64,000 bases of DNA, from the NCBI GenBank assembly GCA_973895155.1, contig OZ316893.1, positions 6,271,239 to 6,335,238 on the forward strand, read 5' to 3'. How positions within the stretch are numbered: position 1 is the stretch's first letter; every line of letters starts with the position of its first letter. Under the pieces are notes generated by a model. The model was not told where the DNA came from, made no database searches, and worked only from the letters and a program-made list of their open reading frames with translations. The position numbers and the translations under genes are program-made. Source of the DNA: Marsupella aquatica (taxonomy: Eukaryota; Plantae; Marchantiophyta). This document shows positions 48,541 through 62,699 of the stretch, piece by piece.

Positions 48541-51184
48541 ATGAATAGCTAGGATTGCATGTGGCTCAAAGGAGAAAAGGGAAAAAGGAATTTACTGCCC
48601 CCAAGTTCTTGCAGAGCCACCCTAAGTCGAATAACTTGAGGCCAGATAAAGTTGACCCTAGTTTCCGGATAAACTCGCATTCAGAGTATTATTCATTGAC
48701 ATGGATTCTTGTTGTCGGCTGCTGAGTTGTGCACACTTTCCAGAAAAGTGCTCAAACAGTGATTACGACAGACTTCTCTTCTCCCTAGTCTGTTCGTCCA
48801 ACATCAACGAACGACATACGTCACCACGCGGAACCATTGACGATTCATGCTTGCTTTCGATTTCGACGCACCTTCGCTCTCAGTCTGGATGCACTTTTAT
48901 CCCTCTCAATCGGTCCATCCACCATCCATGGGCCCGTCGTTCTCCCCCATTTCTCACACGCTACTCAAGACCCCTCCTTCCGATCGATTTTTTCGCATCG
49001 ATGATTCAGAGAAAAGAAGAGACACTGCCTTCCCTTCGGCACGGTCTCGAGCACTTTTGATGCAGCTTCAATTTCATTTCGCTGACCAATTGGAGCTCAA
49101 TCGTCAACCGGTGGTGTATAATTGTTACCTATCAGGACTCTTGATGGTGAGATGGGCCGGAGGAACGAGAACTCGTGTTGACTAAAATTCCTGTTGACTG
49201 AAAATTCCTGTCGGGCTATGACTAGGTTCGGAATTTCTCGCGTCACGGTGTCGAGAGATAACCCAGTTTAGTAATTGTGTGGCTGTTGAGCGGCTCTGAT
49301 TTGTGAAATTGAAGCTGACAAGACACACAGCGACTCTCGAGCAGCTACTATATGTCGATTCGAAGGGTCGGATTGATGTTCCCATACGATGCAGCGTGTT
49401 TAAATGTAGTCCGTGGAGCCCGCCGTGGAGCAGTTCTTTCCTTTCAGCTGCTACTAGAGTGCGAGGGTTTAAGGATTTGACCGACCGGTAATCGTTGGGT
49501 GATCCGAACTCTGAGACTGTCGACTGCAGGTACCGACCGAGCCCCCCACAACGGTGTTCTTCTGTCCTTCTGTGTTGTGCTGCTATCGGGTCTCTGTCAT
49601 AGAATTCTGAATTGGAATACGAAGAACGAGACGAAGAACTGTCATCTATGGTTGGAACTCCAAATCTTGCGTTAGCTAGTCCCTATCTCTTTCTACAAGA
49701 GTTTCCCTGGTGTCGTCCTGCCTTCGAAGCTCCGGTTGTTTGTAGTCTAGCGAGCATCGGAGAGTTTTGTCGAATGTGGTCATGCATATGGAAACATCAA
49801 TGCTTGCTATGTACAGAGCCCGGGTGAGCAATTATATGGCTACCTCAGTTATAAGTGAATCAGCCCTTCGTTTCAAGCTTTCATTTTATCAACAGTCATG
49901 AGGTCTTTGGACAGGGGATTTGAGAGGTGTGGTAATTATAAGTGAGAGATGAAGATGTGGCTTTTGACTGTCTTTGGAAATTGTAGCTTCGACGATTCCA
50001 TGTAACTTGCGCACGCTCAGTTCGCTCGTTCTCAGAATCATCAGGATGGTCTTCTGAACGTCTACTCTGTCATGTTATCTTGATACATGAATCCGAATTC
50101 AGAGGGAAAATTGGCTTGTGCAATTCGAAGTAGCAAGTGGCGCTGAGAAATCTGACGGCAAGGGATACATCATTAAAGATGGCAGAGCAATATTATATAT
50201 TTGACTTTAATTTTAGTGGAACTTTGAAAAGGAAAGAATTAGTCCGATCCCGAAGTTCTCTGATCCTTAAACAGCTAGGTCTAGCCGATTGACCGGATTC
50301 GATTAGGTCGGCTCCCTGACATGATCCTCACGCCATAACTAACCTTTGCTTGTCATCTTTTCTTTCGTCTGTTCAATTTCTCTCCACGTTCAATTGGGCA
50401 AATTGATGCGTCGTTTCTCCTCGTCTTTCGTTCTTACTCGAGCAATTCCAGACCATAACAAGTGGATTTGTCTCTCCAATAACAGTAATGAGATTTGCAT
50501 ATTTTCATCGAGGCTGTGATGAAGTACTGTAGAGCCAGGATGGCTTCCCGTATTGATTATCTACTGACGGTCCCTTGAATTCATCAGAACGTCGAGCCTT
50601 GATCTGATTATGCTCGTGGCTTTGAAGTTCGTCACTCGCATACCTGAAACCTTTGTGCAGAGTCACATGCTCATTAAGATACCCATTGTTTTGAAAAAAA
50701 GTATCCATTCGACAACAAAGGTCGGAAGTTCGGTAGTTGTATTTTCTACGCTACTTCTGAGCGAAGTGAATCCGGAGCCCCCTATGCTGGGAAGTCTGTG
50801 AAACCCTTCAATTTAGCGTTACACCGATTCTTGCGTAACACTAGACTAAAACAAGGAGACATTGTGAACCTCTGGTCTACACGGTTGTCAGTAGCTACTA
50901 CACAAGTGTTGAGGAGACACTAGACTCAGTAGCAAGAGATTCTGAAGTGTACAGTACAACTGTAGTCTAAACTTTAGCTGAGCGCTTTCCTATCGTAATC
51001 ACATCCAAAGTTTAAAAGAGATTGGAATCTCTCCAGTCAAAAGTGGCTAAAGAATCTTATAACCTGCTGTACTGTAGGTGTACACAAAGGCTGATGCGGA
51101 CATATCTGTCATCCGATTGAAAAGCAGAGCAGCTTGTGTTCCCGGCTTGTGTCAAACTTGGACTCTACGAAATTTCGGTTGAGC

Positions 51185-52600
51185 ATGACGCGCGATCTTG
51201 GCAGTACGCGAGGACCTTCAATTATGCCTCGACTGGAGTCGAAACCCTCAGGAAGCTATATCGATTTGAGGTTTTCTCGTCAGAGTTCGCAATGCTACCA
51301 GCCCTCAATTTCTGACGGCTACAATTCGGAAGATTATATCGACATTTGCTTTCCTAGAGAGCAAGAAATCCATCATATTGACAATCTAGTGGAGAAACTG
51401 CAAGCGCTTAAAGCTCAGTCAGGTGCTGTACGCTCCAAGCAAAGTGCCGAGAACGCAGCCGAGGACAAAGACAATGCGCTGCCGAATACTGAGGTGCAGC
51501 TGGTCGAGAATGAATTCAAGGATAAGCGATTTCTACGAGTTTCTGAGGATTCTCTGAGAGTCGACGTGGAGGATTTCTACACCAGTCTCACATTAGGGCT
51601 CGACTCTTTGAAAGGGCTGGCGAATTCTTCCGTCTTCTTCCTAACTGCTGATTTTATGCAGCAATCGATCATGCTGTTGCAAATCCTGGATAACGATGTT
51701 AGGGCTTTGCTCAGAAAGCTTTCGGATCTCAGTCACCCAAGTTCTGAAAATTTCTGCCGCGCACTACTCGAGTATACCAAGACGTCTGCGAAGCTTCTCG
51801 ACGTATGCAACGCCTTGAAATTCTCAACGACATTGCTGAATGAGTACCAAAGTTCCCGAGCAGAGGCATCCGTTGTAGCAGTTGAGGCGCTGGTGGCTCT
51901 CCCCAAGAACGCACCGAGAGCAGTGCATACTTCTAAGGCGGAAGAGGCTGGACAGTGCATCGACAGCGCACAAGCCGAGATGATTCAAATGCGGGTAGAA
52001 GTGAAGTCACTTGTCAAATTCAGCAATAACGGGAGTTTTTCATATCTCGTTCCGAACTTAAATATCATGAATCCAGAGTCCAATTTTTCAAAGTGGTCTG
52101 GACTATGGGGCGTTCTGTTTGCCATGAAAACAACATCATTTTATATCAGTCAGTTGCTTCTGGCGGGGCTGGCTCATGCTGGTGAGGGCCCAGCAATTAT
52201 CGTTGCCAGCACGAATATGGCGTCATTCAACTCTGGTTGGGCATCATCGCTTGCTGGTCTGCATATCCAAGTTAGAAAGCAATTCAACAAAATGAAGGAC
52301 AGTGGTAGAGGATCCTGCAGCTTCATGAGTCGAGACAACGACCTGTTAGAGTTCATGCTTCAAGACACGAAAGGCCACCTGCAGTCGCTCTTAGATCAGG
52401 GCAAATTTCTCAACATTGGAGTATACCTAGGAAGTTGGCAGACGCACAAAAAGAAGCTGCGGCATAACGTTCCTCGGCTACGACAGCACCTTCTGCTCGT
52501 TCGACATCGCCTGTCCACGCTTATTGAAGGTGTCAAATCTTTGGCAAGTATAATGAGCGAGAACTTGAGCTCCGGGCGACGGCACTTGGATCAGATCTAG
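51185..52600 (+). CDS. BYPASS1/ROH1-like (DUF793) protein
   Basis: Intact ORF (first ATG 51185) with LLEYTKTSAKLLDVCNALK, LWGVLFAMKTTSFYI and GWASSLAGLH motifs typical of the BPS1/DUF793 family. Confidence 0.7.
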   Translation: MTRDLGSTRGPSIMPRLESKPSGSYIDLRFSRQSSQCYQPSISDGYNSEDYIDICFPREQEIHHIDNLVEKLQALKAQSGAVRSKQSAENAAEDKDNALPNTEVQLVENEFKDKRFLRVSEDSLRVDVEDFYTSLTLGLDSLKGLANSSVFFLTADFMQQSIMLLQILDNDVRALLRKLSDLSHPSSENFCRALLEYTKTSAKLLDVCNALKFSTTLLNEYQSSRAEASVVAVEALVALPKNAPRAVHTSKAEEAGQCIDSAQAEMIQMRVEVKSLVKFSNNGSFSYLVPNLNIMNPESNFSKWSGLWGVLFAMKTTSFYISQLLLAGLAHAGEGPAIIVASTNMASFNSGWASSLAGLHIQVRKQFNKMKDSGRGSCSFMSRDNDLLEFMLQDTKGHLQSLLDQGKFLNIGVYLGSWQTHKKKLRHNVPRLRQHLLLVRHRLSTLIEGVKSLASIMSENLSSGRRHLDQI

Positions 52601-54850
52601 CTAACCAGATGAAATTGACCAAGAATTTGGCCAAAGCTATATCTCCAGGGCTTACCAGTCTCCAGGGCTTATCTCAAGTCTACTCTATAGCTCGAATTGA
52701 TTACCAAGAGCGTCCAGATGGTGGGCAATTGCATCTCATAAGTCAGTTCGAGTTGAGCCTCACATAAACTACTCCTATGAGAACAGTTTTCTACGTTTTC
52801 TGAGACAACTGTTCTTAACAGCGCATCATACATTGCAACTCTTCCCAGCTAAGACTGACGTGGGTTAGTGGCAGGTTGGATACAGTACCAACCTCATAAG
52901 CTCAAAACAGGTGACACTGGGCCAAGATCAATTCAATTGCAAAATTCTGCGCTGAGATTGTGTCTCAGGCATCTCAAATAATACAGGCTTGTTGGGGAAA
53001 TCGATTTAGTATTTAGAGTAGGTGAGAAACATGAATCATCGACTCAAGCTTTTTTCCCCGTGTTGTGTAAGTACGTACTATCGTAAGCATTTCAGAAATC
53101 TGACGCGTATGGATTTACAGTGCTACATTGCTGGCGAGAGTAGTTAGAATCAGGGGTGTAGAGTCAGAGTATTTGTGCATAGTCAAGTTAGTAGAAAATT
53201 TCTGCGTCCCTTTGGTCTGAGTGTATTTTGTAGAGTAATTGGACGGCCGCTGCTGCAGTCGTGGAGGCGTTTACGGAGTTTGCCAGGAAAGAACAAATGT
53301 ATTTGTTTTTATTCATTTAGAATGAATATCGTGGTTTGCTTTTGTTTTCCCAGCTTGCGATCCCCATTCTTATGTCATGATGGTGGCCCCATTTATCGTC
53401 ATTCGTTGCGAATAACGTCGAGACCGTGTCAGCAAGTTAAGTTCTGACTCTTGAGAGGAGATAGTGGTTTTTTTTTTTTTGGCCTTGAAAGCCGAAAGGA
53501 GACCCACCCGAAACCAGAAGGCAGAAAGAGACACTTGAGAGGAGCACTTGCGAGGAGACAGTGCTTTACTATCCTGACTAATAGATACCTACAAGTATTC
53601 AAGAACGAGATTGACGTGTTGAATTTCCGTCTATATCGAAAACGCCATCAGTAGATATCCACAGGTTGCATTTTGTGATTCACTGGGGTAGCTTGTCTCG
53701 CCACAACGGTCTTTCCAATCGATTGATTCTTCAAATTACATAATTTTAACTATGTGACATCAGGTAGACCCAGCACTCCTGAAGATCCAGTATCCCCTGA
53801 CGTTCCTCAAGACAGTATATCCCAGTCAATGGTGTGTGGATATGACTCTGAAATCCATCTTCGTCCGTTTTCACATGATGCAAAGCCTGTAGGGCTCTGA
53901 CTTTCGATGTTCATTCGTGTCTCTGTACTTCTCTATAATTTCAAACAAACAAAAATCGTACTGCTCAACAATCATGGGGTGGTCTAGTTCCTTTTTTTAA
54001 GCTTTGAAACCGACCCATCCAACAGAGGGTAGATGATCAACTTGCATGTGCCTTTGCAGGGTACCCACAAAGGGATGCCTGACCCTAATTACACATCAAA
54101 AATCAGCAACATCAGGTGTATTGTTCACAGGTTGAATGAATTTTACATACCATGATAAACCCAATTATTATTTTATTTCGTTGAGTGTCATTTTCTATGT
54201 ATCCTAGTGTATCAATTACTGGGAGAGCGAAGGGACAATACCTGGGATCCAAAGCAGGAGGGAGAAAGGGCTAAATCAGGGCCCGAATTGGACCAACCAG
54301 GGACTGGAAGAAAAACAGGTACTCCCACACAATTCCGAGGGATCTGAACTAGGAGGGAGAGAGGCCAAAGGGACGATTTCTAGGGATCCACAGCAGGAGG
54401 GAGTGAGGGTTATACAAGCCAGGGCCCCAAAGTGAACGAGCTACTCTTGTAAGGAAAGCCAGAACGCCGACCACCCCGGGCAGCAAACCAGGAGGAAGAG
54501 AGGGTTAAACAGGCCCCGAGCGAACCAGCGGGTTAAACAGACCCCAGAGCGGACCAGCCAGGGCTGTAAGGAAACATGCACTCCCACCATTATGGTGTCT
54601 CAAAATTAAAATCCTGCCATTGTTGGCTGGCCGGGAATGAGTCCAAGCCCCATCTAGTCGGTCGGTCGGTCGGCCATTTTCTGAACCGCACATTCCGGTA
54701 TGGGCTTGCAATCCGCACAGCAACCTAAACCAAACTTGACCAGCCTACAGTTACATAGGTAAAGTGTCAGAGGTTGCCATTCAATCCAGCCCCACCACAC
54801 TTTTTGAACTTGCTCATTGCTTCCCTAAGGGTCTGAACAAGTTGATATTG

Positions 54851-54920
54851 CATTGTTGGTGTCGTTGGTGACATTGTTGGTGTCTCTGGTGACATTGTTG
54901 GTCTCTGGTGACATTGTTGT
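54851..54920. repeat. 21-bp tandem repeat within a probable retroelement remnant
   Basis: About 3.3 copies of CATTGTTGGTGTCTCTGGTGA. A degenerate zinc-knuckle-like KCYQCG lies on the minus strand near 55110-55135. Confidence 0.6.
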
Positions 54921-55539
54921 GGTGTAGCTCCGGTAACCTCGACCCCGCTCGATTATAAGTACCCCAATAGTGTGAACAGGGCCCGGAATCCTTTCGGAAC
55001 ATAATTACAGCGGATTTTTATTTCTGAGACTCCCTATTCACCCCACCCACACACGTACCCTTCGTACCCCTTGCGTGTGGAGAGGGCATTGACCGGTATA
55101 TAGCTCTTGCATCTACCACACTGGTAGCACTTGTCAAACTGTCCGAACGTTTTGAGTTGGTTTTTGATGTTGTTGACGCTTGCTTATCTTCCGACTATAT
55201 ATACCCTGTTCCGAGGGACACAATCACACCGACGATGAACAGATTTAAAAACAACCTCGCCTTTCCATCTCGGCCGCGTTCTGCAATTTGAAGCAAAAGA
55301 AGAAAAAATGGATTTCAGCTACCAATCAAGATCTAGTCTTGCCTCCACACTCAATTCAATGTCTTATGCTGGTCAGCTTCTTCCCAAATTCCTAAGACAC
55401 TCAAACAGCGAATTTTCTTTGGCTTTATTGTTTTGCGTCCACGACAACAATTCTGAAACATTTGGATGCACACCTGGTTTGATAAACAAAATCTGAGAAT
55501 GTGATGTCTACCTGACGGGATTGACTGATTGAGGGGTGC

Positions 55540-57710
55540 AGGAGACATGTAGGTAGACGACGCATGGAATCATGAAGGTGCTGAAGCTCACGAAGACGGC
55601 GCAATCATGCTGTTGAGGGGCCCGAAGAAGGGGATCAGGAGGGCCAGAAACCACAGGAAGCCCGCCACAGGGAGACGCGCCACGGCCCCGGCCACGGCTC
55701 GGAGGGGAAACGATATGTAGTGGTTTCCCCACAGCTCCTCAAACATTATGAACAACGGCATCACATACAGCCCGAAAGCCACTGCCTGCGGAATCAATTG
55801 AATTTTAAGTGTTATCTGGCATGGGAGACAATTATTTCACACTTCGAAACATCACATTTGTACAATTTGAAGCTCACTTTGAGAAAATCGACGAGAGAAA
55901 GCCCTCGATTTCAGAGAGCGAGGTGGCGGAGAAAAACGACAAGTGAGCCGGAGAAGAGACGGCAATTGTGAGGAAAGTCACACCTGATGGACAATCATGA
56001 ACGATGGCGGTGCTGCGAGCGTTGGACGGTGGCAGCACCGTAAATGCATTGCTTTGTCTCAGTAAGATATTGAATGCACAGTACATTGTAATGCAGTGAG
56101 GGATGGTGATTCTGAGGAGGTGCAAGCAATTAACCACGTACACCTATTTGCGTTCTCGAGGCTTCCACATGGCGTGCATAATCTCACTATCACACCAAAC
56201 GATGGACAGCACAGAAAGTTGTTATCATTAGGTTTGTGCACGTGATATGACCTATTGATGGACCAGCTGATCATTCAGAACTTCATGACGAATTCGAGGG
56301 AATCCATGTTTGTAGCCCGGTTCGTAGGAATCATAGTTAAGGGAATTCATGTTTGTAGCCCGATTCGTAGGAATTTTAATTAAGTCTGGTTTGTTTGGAA
56401 AGCGTGACATGTCACAGTACATCCTCTGATCGAGTACATCATATCAAGGGAAGCATGATTATGTGGAGGGTTTTGCGGCCTACTTACATCGTTATACCGT
56501 GACCACCTTTGGCAAACAAGATGTTTGTCATCCTAGTAAAGAATTGCGTCAAGTTGTCTGAGCCGCTGTGTTGTGCTCCACTAACCTGAGAAAATCATGA
56601 CATTTAAGAGCACGTCAGTTTTAGTTGTTCTTGGGATAGGCACGTTTTCTCAACTCTTGTGTGGTCCCGAAATGAAAGATTAGATCTCTACAAAATAAAC
56701 TCCAGTTGAGGAACTACAGTAGCCCCGAGACAAATGAAAGTATTCATGTGGATTTCTCGGCTTATCTTAGAGCGATATCCTTTTCATGCAATTCCACTTC
56801 TTCATTTCTTAAATTCTGCATAAGCCATTCTTCTGAAGATTTTGCGTTGTTTGTTTTGAACTCGATGCGAAATCGGCTTGTCCAGAAAGCATACATCGCT
56901 GATGTAAATATTCAGCATGTGAGTGTCGGTTGAATTGTTAAAATGCTCATCATTCATTCCTTTTGCAAAAATGTGACAAATCGTCTTTTGATTCACTAGT
57001 AGTTGGTCTATTTTGCAGGGCTCGGTCGGTCCTGATTCGTTTTTACATCTTAATTCGCCCACTTCATCTAAGAAATATCATCCGATGCGAGCTAAATCGT
57101 ATTACAGCACGGAAATCTGCCAGGTCTTCAACGCCCAGCAACTTTACCTTGCCGTTCGTTAGTGTAGCAATTAGCAAGTACCATGCTGTCTAGGTGGTGG
57201 TCTCGCCCACGAAGGAGAACACAAATTGTGCAGTATCGGCAACAAGACCATGCACATCGAGACGCCTCCAGATATAAATGTACTGCTGCTTGACGAGCTT
57301 ATCGCTCAAGTAATACGCGTTGCTGTAAGAATTCAGGGTCCATGAAGTTTACAGAGATGATCAGCAACCTCACATGGCTAGACGCAAGTGGAGCTAAATC
57401 CAGTATAAGCAAATTGGTCTTAATTCATTTGTCATCACCACCAGCTGGTGACTCCCGGGTCAAATAAACTCCAGGGCCATAAAGGCTAAAAGGTAAAAGC
57501 CACCAACAAAGAAACACAATTGCAGCACTTATGTGCCCTATCATTTGGTTCGAGCTATACTGTAAATTACGATGTTGGTTAGGCCACTTACCTGGCACAG
57601 TCAACTATCTGTATAGTGGCTACAGACCCCATCGTCATGATATTGAAAAATAGAAACAGCCGTCTCGCCCAGGGACCAACTAGCGCCGTATTCACCTCAT
57701 GATACGGCGC
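55540..57710 (-). pseudogene. AUX1/LAX-like auxin influx/amino-acid permease, multi-exon and disrupted
   Basis: Exons colinear with AUX1: EVNTALVGPW..IQIVDCA, TT*TAWYLLIA, QHSG..TNILFAKGGHGIT, EIMHAMWKP, SNAFTVLP..MIVHQ, AVAFGLYVMPLF..RLPV..WFLALLIPFFGPLNS..SFSTFMIP. There are stops near 57190 and 56145 and frameshifts near 56000 and 55600. Confidence 0.75.
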
Positions 57711-58731
57711 AATGCAAACTTCGCGAGTCATTCAAGTTCAATGTGTTAGGAATCTATATCCATAATGCTGCAATTGGAACCGGTCCTTTCGGCGAAGCAT
57801 GGTCCTGGCTGGTTTGGTAACCTGAATATGATCTACTGGAAAAGTTTCCAACCATTTAAGAATCCATCTGTTTCCAAAGTAGAGCGCACTGTCTCGTGCT
57901 TCCTTCTTAGACACGGACCTCTAGTCGTCAATGACAGCAGACACTAAGCAAATCTGAGCTGGCACTTTCCTCAACTCAAATTGAACATCGTGCAAAGCTT
58001 TGTGTGTCGGATTCGTATGGAAAAGATCGACGCCTCGTTATCGAGAACAGTTCATTAATGTATTGGACATATGCTTGGCGGATTGCAGTAGATATACCTG
58101 AATGACAGGTTCGTAAAGGACGTCCCTTTCCCCTAGCTCCTCGCGATAGCTGTACTCGATGTACGGGCTCGCAAGCAAGTAACATGTCCAAAGTCAGATG
58201 CACACATACAAGAGATATAAGACTAATCCAAGTTTTTGAGACCCATCTGTGCGTAAGATGTCGGCATTGACAAAACAACTTGCCCCACCTGAAATCAAAC
58301 ATCCGCCGAGCGGCACCTGGCTGACCTCCAGCTAGGGCTCTATCCCTGGGGCTCATTGCACTGTGGAGTACGTTACACGCATGAATGGAAGGCAAGCTCC
58401 TTTTGAATTAGAGGACGGCTGAATGGGACTTTACAGCGTGAATGCGTACTCACTTGAGCAGAAACAGCTTTCAACCTGGCGTCATAAACGGAGCCACCGT
58501 ACCAAATAAGCTTATGAAAGGTGGCTCATGAACCAGAGGAGGCTGGTGCTCGGACCGCCTCCCCTCCAAGCTCAACTGTGTCGAAGCCATGTTTGGAAAC
58601 CCTGTCATTCACATCCATTGGAAATAATTCCTGATATTCGCTTCAGTCCTCAACTACTGGTCATCTGATTCGATTGATTTTTTACTCTCTCCCTCCATTG
58701 GAATTACTGCTGGTATTCGCTTCGCTTCAAG

Positions 58732-58734
<3 letters not shown>

Positions 58735-58790
<56 letters not shown>

Positions 58791-58819
58791 GCACTTACAC
58801 TTCTTTGTGCCTTGAATGT

Positions 58820-58858
<39 letters not shown>

Positions 58859-58895
58859 TTTCTTTGTGCCTTGAATGTGGCCGCTCTCTCTCTCT
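58735..58895. repeat. (CT)n microsatellites with a duplicated spacer
   Basis: (CT)~26, (CT)~16 and a short (CT) run, separated by repeated TTCTTTGTGCCTTGAATGTG. Confidence 0.9.
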
Positions 58896-60961
58896 GACAT
58901 TTCACTTCACTTCTTTGTGCATGAATGTGGGTCCGTTCTGCGTTCATTTGGCGTAAACTTTGCGCAACGTCCAATCATCAGAAGGTAGACGAGATCTAGT
59001 TCCTTCCCAAATAATATCCAAAGCAATCTCCTTTTGTGAAAATTGGTGCTACATATACATGCACATCTCAATTTGGAATGGTCAGCCATTAATTACATTG
59101 TCACTTGAAAACAAAGGGAAATGCAGTTTCTGGTGAGTCACCAGTAATCAGTTATTAATCACCAGTTACTTGACTCACGTTTACTCAGTATGGCCTTCCT
59201 GTCCAGTGTTGTTGAATCACTCACAGGACTGTTAGCTTTATGGGCCTACATTCTAGACCAGCAACCAAGTGCCCTGAAGCCTGTCAGCATCACACAGGGC
59301 CTCAATCTCAAAGAGAGGCCAAGTACGAGATTTGAGAGGAGGCATTTCGAGCTTGATCAATGATTTGTCCAGCTATTTCAAGTGCATTTTATGCCAGACA
59401 ATGACAGAGCATTGAGATAATTATACAGTAACGTGATGATTGTAAACTGTGGATTCTCCGCATGAAGAGGGTAGAATTGCTCTTTTTCTCCTTGCACACC
59501 TTTCTTAAATTTCTCTTTCCATCAGTCAATTGACTTATACAGTGCATGTTAAAACTATACGCTCATAGTACTCATCTTGACTGATGGAGTGCGTGTTAAA
59601 TTTCATTCTGCCTCATGGCAGTAGTCTTGACTGATGCAATGATTTCTTCACTTGACTGATCGATGCAATTGGTTCTTTCTTTCAGGCATTGCACGGATCA
59701 ACTCTTCCTTTGAAAATTGAGCAAGACTCCAGGCACAGATGAGTACCACCCTTCATAAATGGGTTCACCATAGCTTCATCCATTGATCGACTCAGTAGGT
59801 GATGGGAAACAGACTCTTGCAGGCAACTCCTCTGGACTACTAAAAGGAGGACTTGTCGTCCTGTCTACGTTTAATAGGAAGTACTTTAATTCACAGACAC
59901 TCAAAGCATATGGATAAGTTTCAGAAATTTGGTTTATGTAGTTTTAGAAAGTTTCACCTTGTGATGGGAGGAAACTTTTGTTAGGGCACGTGTGAGAGCT
60001 GGAATTCACTCATCCACCTCAACTCTGGAGTCGCACATCCTTTCGTGTCATAGTGGCTCCCACAAAAACTAACAGCAGAAGTTAGAATTAGGGTCTAGGC
60101 TTCTAGAGTGAGGCCTTTCGACCCTGACTTTAGGGGCCCCACCACAATTTCTGTGGATACAAACAAAGATGGGATATTATGAATGGCAAAAGATGATCAC
60201 ACTTTTTGTCAGAATTTCTATTAACATTGAGAGAATGAGCATTCAGGCTTGTAATTACTAAAATTTTGAGGTCTTCGTGAAACCTGAAGAATTTTGTCAT
60301 GTCCTGGTGTACACTCTCCATTTTGAATGAACACATCGTTCTGGCCTGGAGTAATTTGGAAACTAAAGGACCTCCACATTGTCTATGAAGCCCACATGGA
60401 CTAGCAAAGCTTGGATGGATTTGATCAGAACATTTGAATTTACTCAGATAAGACTGTTTACACTTTTGATTGAAATGCGATCTATAAATGGTCTCCTAAT
60501 GGTTTGCAGCTGGTTTCAGTTACATGACCAAACTGGTGTCCTCGGGATCTTGATGACTTTACAACCTTGAACCTGAAAGATATCATGCCATTACTCAGGA
60601 ACACCCGTTTTAGTTGACTCACATGAAAGTTTCCAAATGTAAAGTAAAATCATGATTTAGAATATCTGATCATCTTGTGTTCATGTGAAATAAAACAAAT
60701 AATTTCAAAAAAGTCTCAAACTTTGTCAGGCAATAGATTGCACATCAAAGACCATGCTGGTAAACTTTAAGCTCAAACGGAGACCAAAGCATTCTTCAAA
60801 TAAATCAACTCAATCTGCCAAATTTAAAGGTAAGGTTTATGTACTAACAGTTGACAACTTTGAAAACCGTGTCGAGTAAGTCATCAAGACGTCACACACA
60901 CTTGCAATGCACTCGTGAAGTTTGTGATGACTTGACAATTTTCTTAAGCAGTAGGCTCCAA

Positions 60962-61225
60962 CTCGGGGGTCTCACTCTATGGAGGTCTCCCCATCACCTG
61001 TGATATTTTTAGGCTTCAGGCCCCCTAAAGTGTTTTCAAAAAAAAGTAACCCCTATAATTAGATTAAAAATATTTTAATATCCTTATAAGTCTCAAAATT
61101 GGATTTAAATAAAAGAACCTATTGTTCTTCTAAGAGAATTCTTAAGTTTTCCCATAGAATCAATAAAATGATCATATCCTTTGTCGAACGTGATGTGTCA
61201 TTTTTGTGGAAATGAAACCCCTGAG
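60962..61225. mobile_element. CTCGGGGG-family MITE
   Basis: Ends CTCGGGGGT and ACCCCTGAG; flanks GGCTCCAA and GGCTCAAA (8-bp TSD with one mismatch). Confidence 0.7.
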
Positions 61226-62092
61226 GGCTCAAATCCATGATATGATCAATGGAGTGGCGCAAAATGTTTTCAATCACACTTTACATTTCATTGATCCAGT
61301 TTGCTTGCTTTCCATTGGGCCAAGATTGGAGCTTCAAGACAAATAAGCTCCATGCTTTTGACAACATTGGTGAGCCATTTTCAAAAAGCATGACTTGACT
61401 TGATAATTACTTTCTCCACAAGGTAGTCAAAATGGTTATCTCTGATCCGCGACCTGTTTGTGTTTTACCAAAACCATCATCAAGAGAATTCAACCATAAC
61501 TGAAGTAGAGTAGAAAAGCATGTTTTCTCCCACTTAGCTAGTTACAATCTAACAATCTCCATACGGCAATTCTTTTTTCATTTCCAATACTCCACAGAGT
61601 GTCTAGAGACTTGTAAATTGAATTTTTACCAACTTCTGTCTAGGGTCCCTTCCTCCAATATATATACCAACTTTATTGGAAGCTCTTCCAATGGGACACC
61701 AAGAAGCTGGTCCCACAAACTAGTTGAAGATACACCTTCCCTAGATCTTATCTTCCTCTTTTTTGTTTTATAAAACGTAGACGTACAAGTAACCTCCCAA
61801 ATAGCCGCTTTTGGAGATAAACTTTAGCCTAAAGATATAATATTCCCCAGTCACAATTCGGCCAATGGCATCCAAGGAGAAGCTTTCCTCTTGTCTTTTA
61901 CCGCTTTAGGCCCTTATTAGTACCGTGAAGTGATTTGTTTGTTTGTCCTGAAGCGCTCATTTCTCATACGTTCATACAAACCAGTTTTTCTAGGTGAATT
62001 TTTCCCAAATTTTAAATGAAATACCTGGAAAATGCACTACTCTGGACACACTCAGAAACAAGAACTTGTTCACCAAAAGCTCTTAGCTAAGG

Positions 62093-62488
62093 AGCATCTC
62101 TAGCAGTGGATCAAATGAAGCTTTAACTGCTAAAACTAGCATATAGGGACGGAGTTTGGAGGGACAGCTTGCCAGTGGGTCTCCTATCCCTAAATAAACG
62201 GAGCCAGCCGCCATTTTCACAACCCTATATACCATATTGGGTATGAATGGCACCTCTATCCCAATCTGTATTTCCAACTCCGTTATAGATTCAACCACAT
62301 GTCACAAGATTTGGATATGTTTAAGATTTTGAATTTGGGTATGTCAAAACATCATTTTGGAGAAGATAGAGAAGGCAAAATGACCAGTAACTGAATCCAA
62401 TATCGTGGCTTTTCCACTGTCAAGGCCTCCAAATGATGGGCTAGAATTTGGGATTACAGTTATTCACCTATCCCTTTGAAGATGCTCT
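62093..62488. mobile_element. Possible Tourist-like MITE
   Basis: GAGCATCT at the left and AGATGCTC followed by TAA at the right; the left TSD is imperfect. Confidence 0.35.
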
Positions 62489-62699
62489 AAGAGGGTGGAT
62501 TAGTAAGATCTAACACATGCGTTTAAATCTATGGATTGAAGTCTAACTCACATGCATATGTTATAACCTTTATAGCCTTTACCAGGGGAGGTGCCCAGCA
62601 AACACTACAACAAATTATGGAGCTGCTACACTGCTACAAAGGGTCTACGCAAGTGAACCTGATCAACACATAGGGGTGGACCTGGAGATGGGCCTAAGG

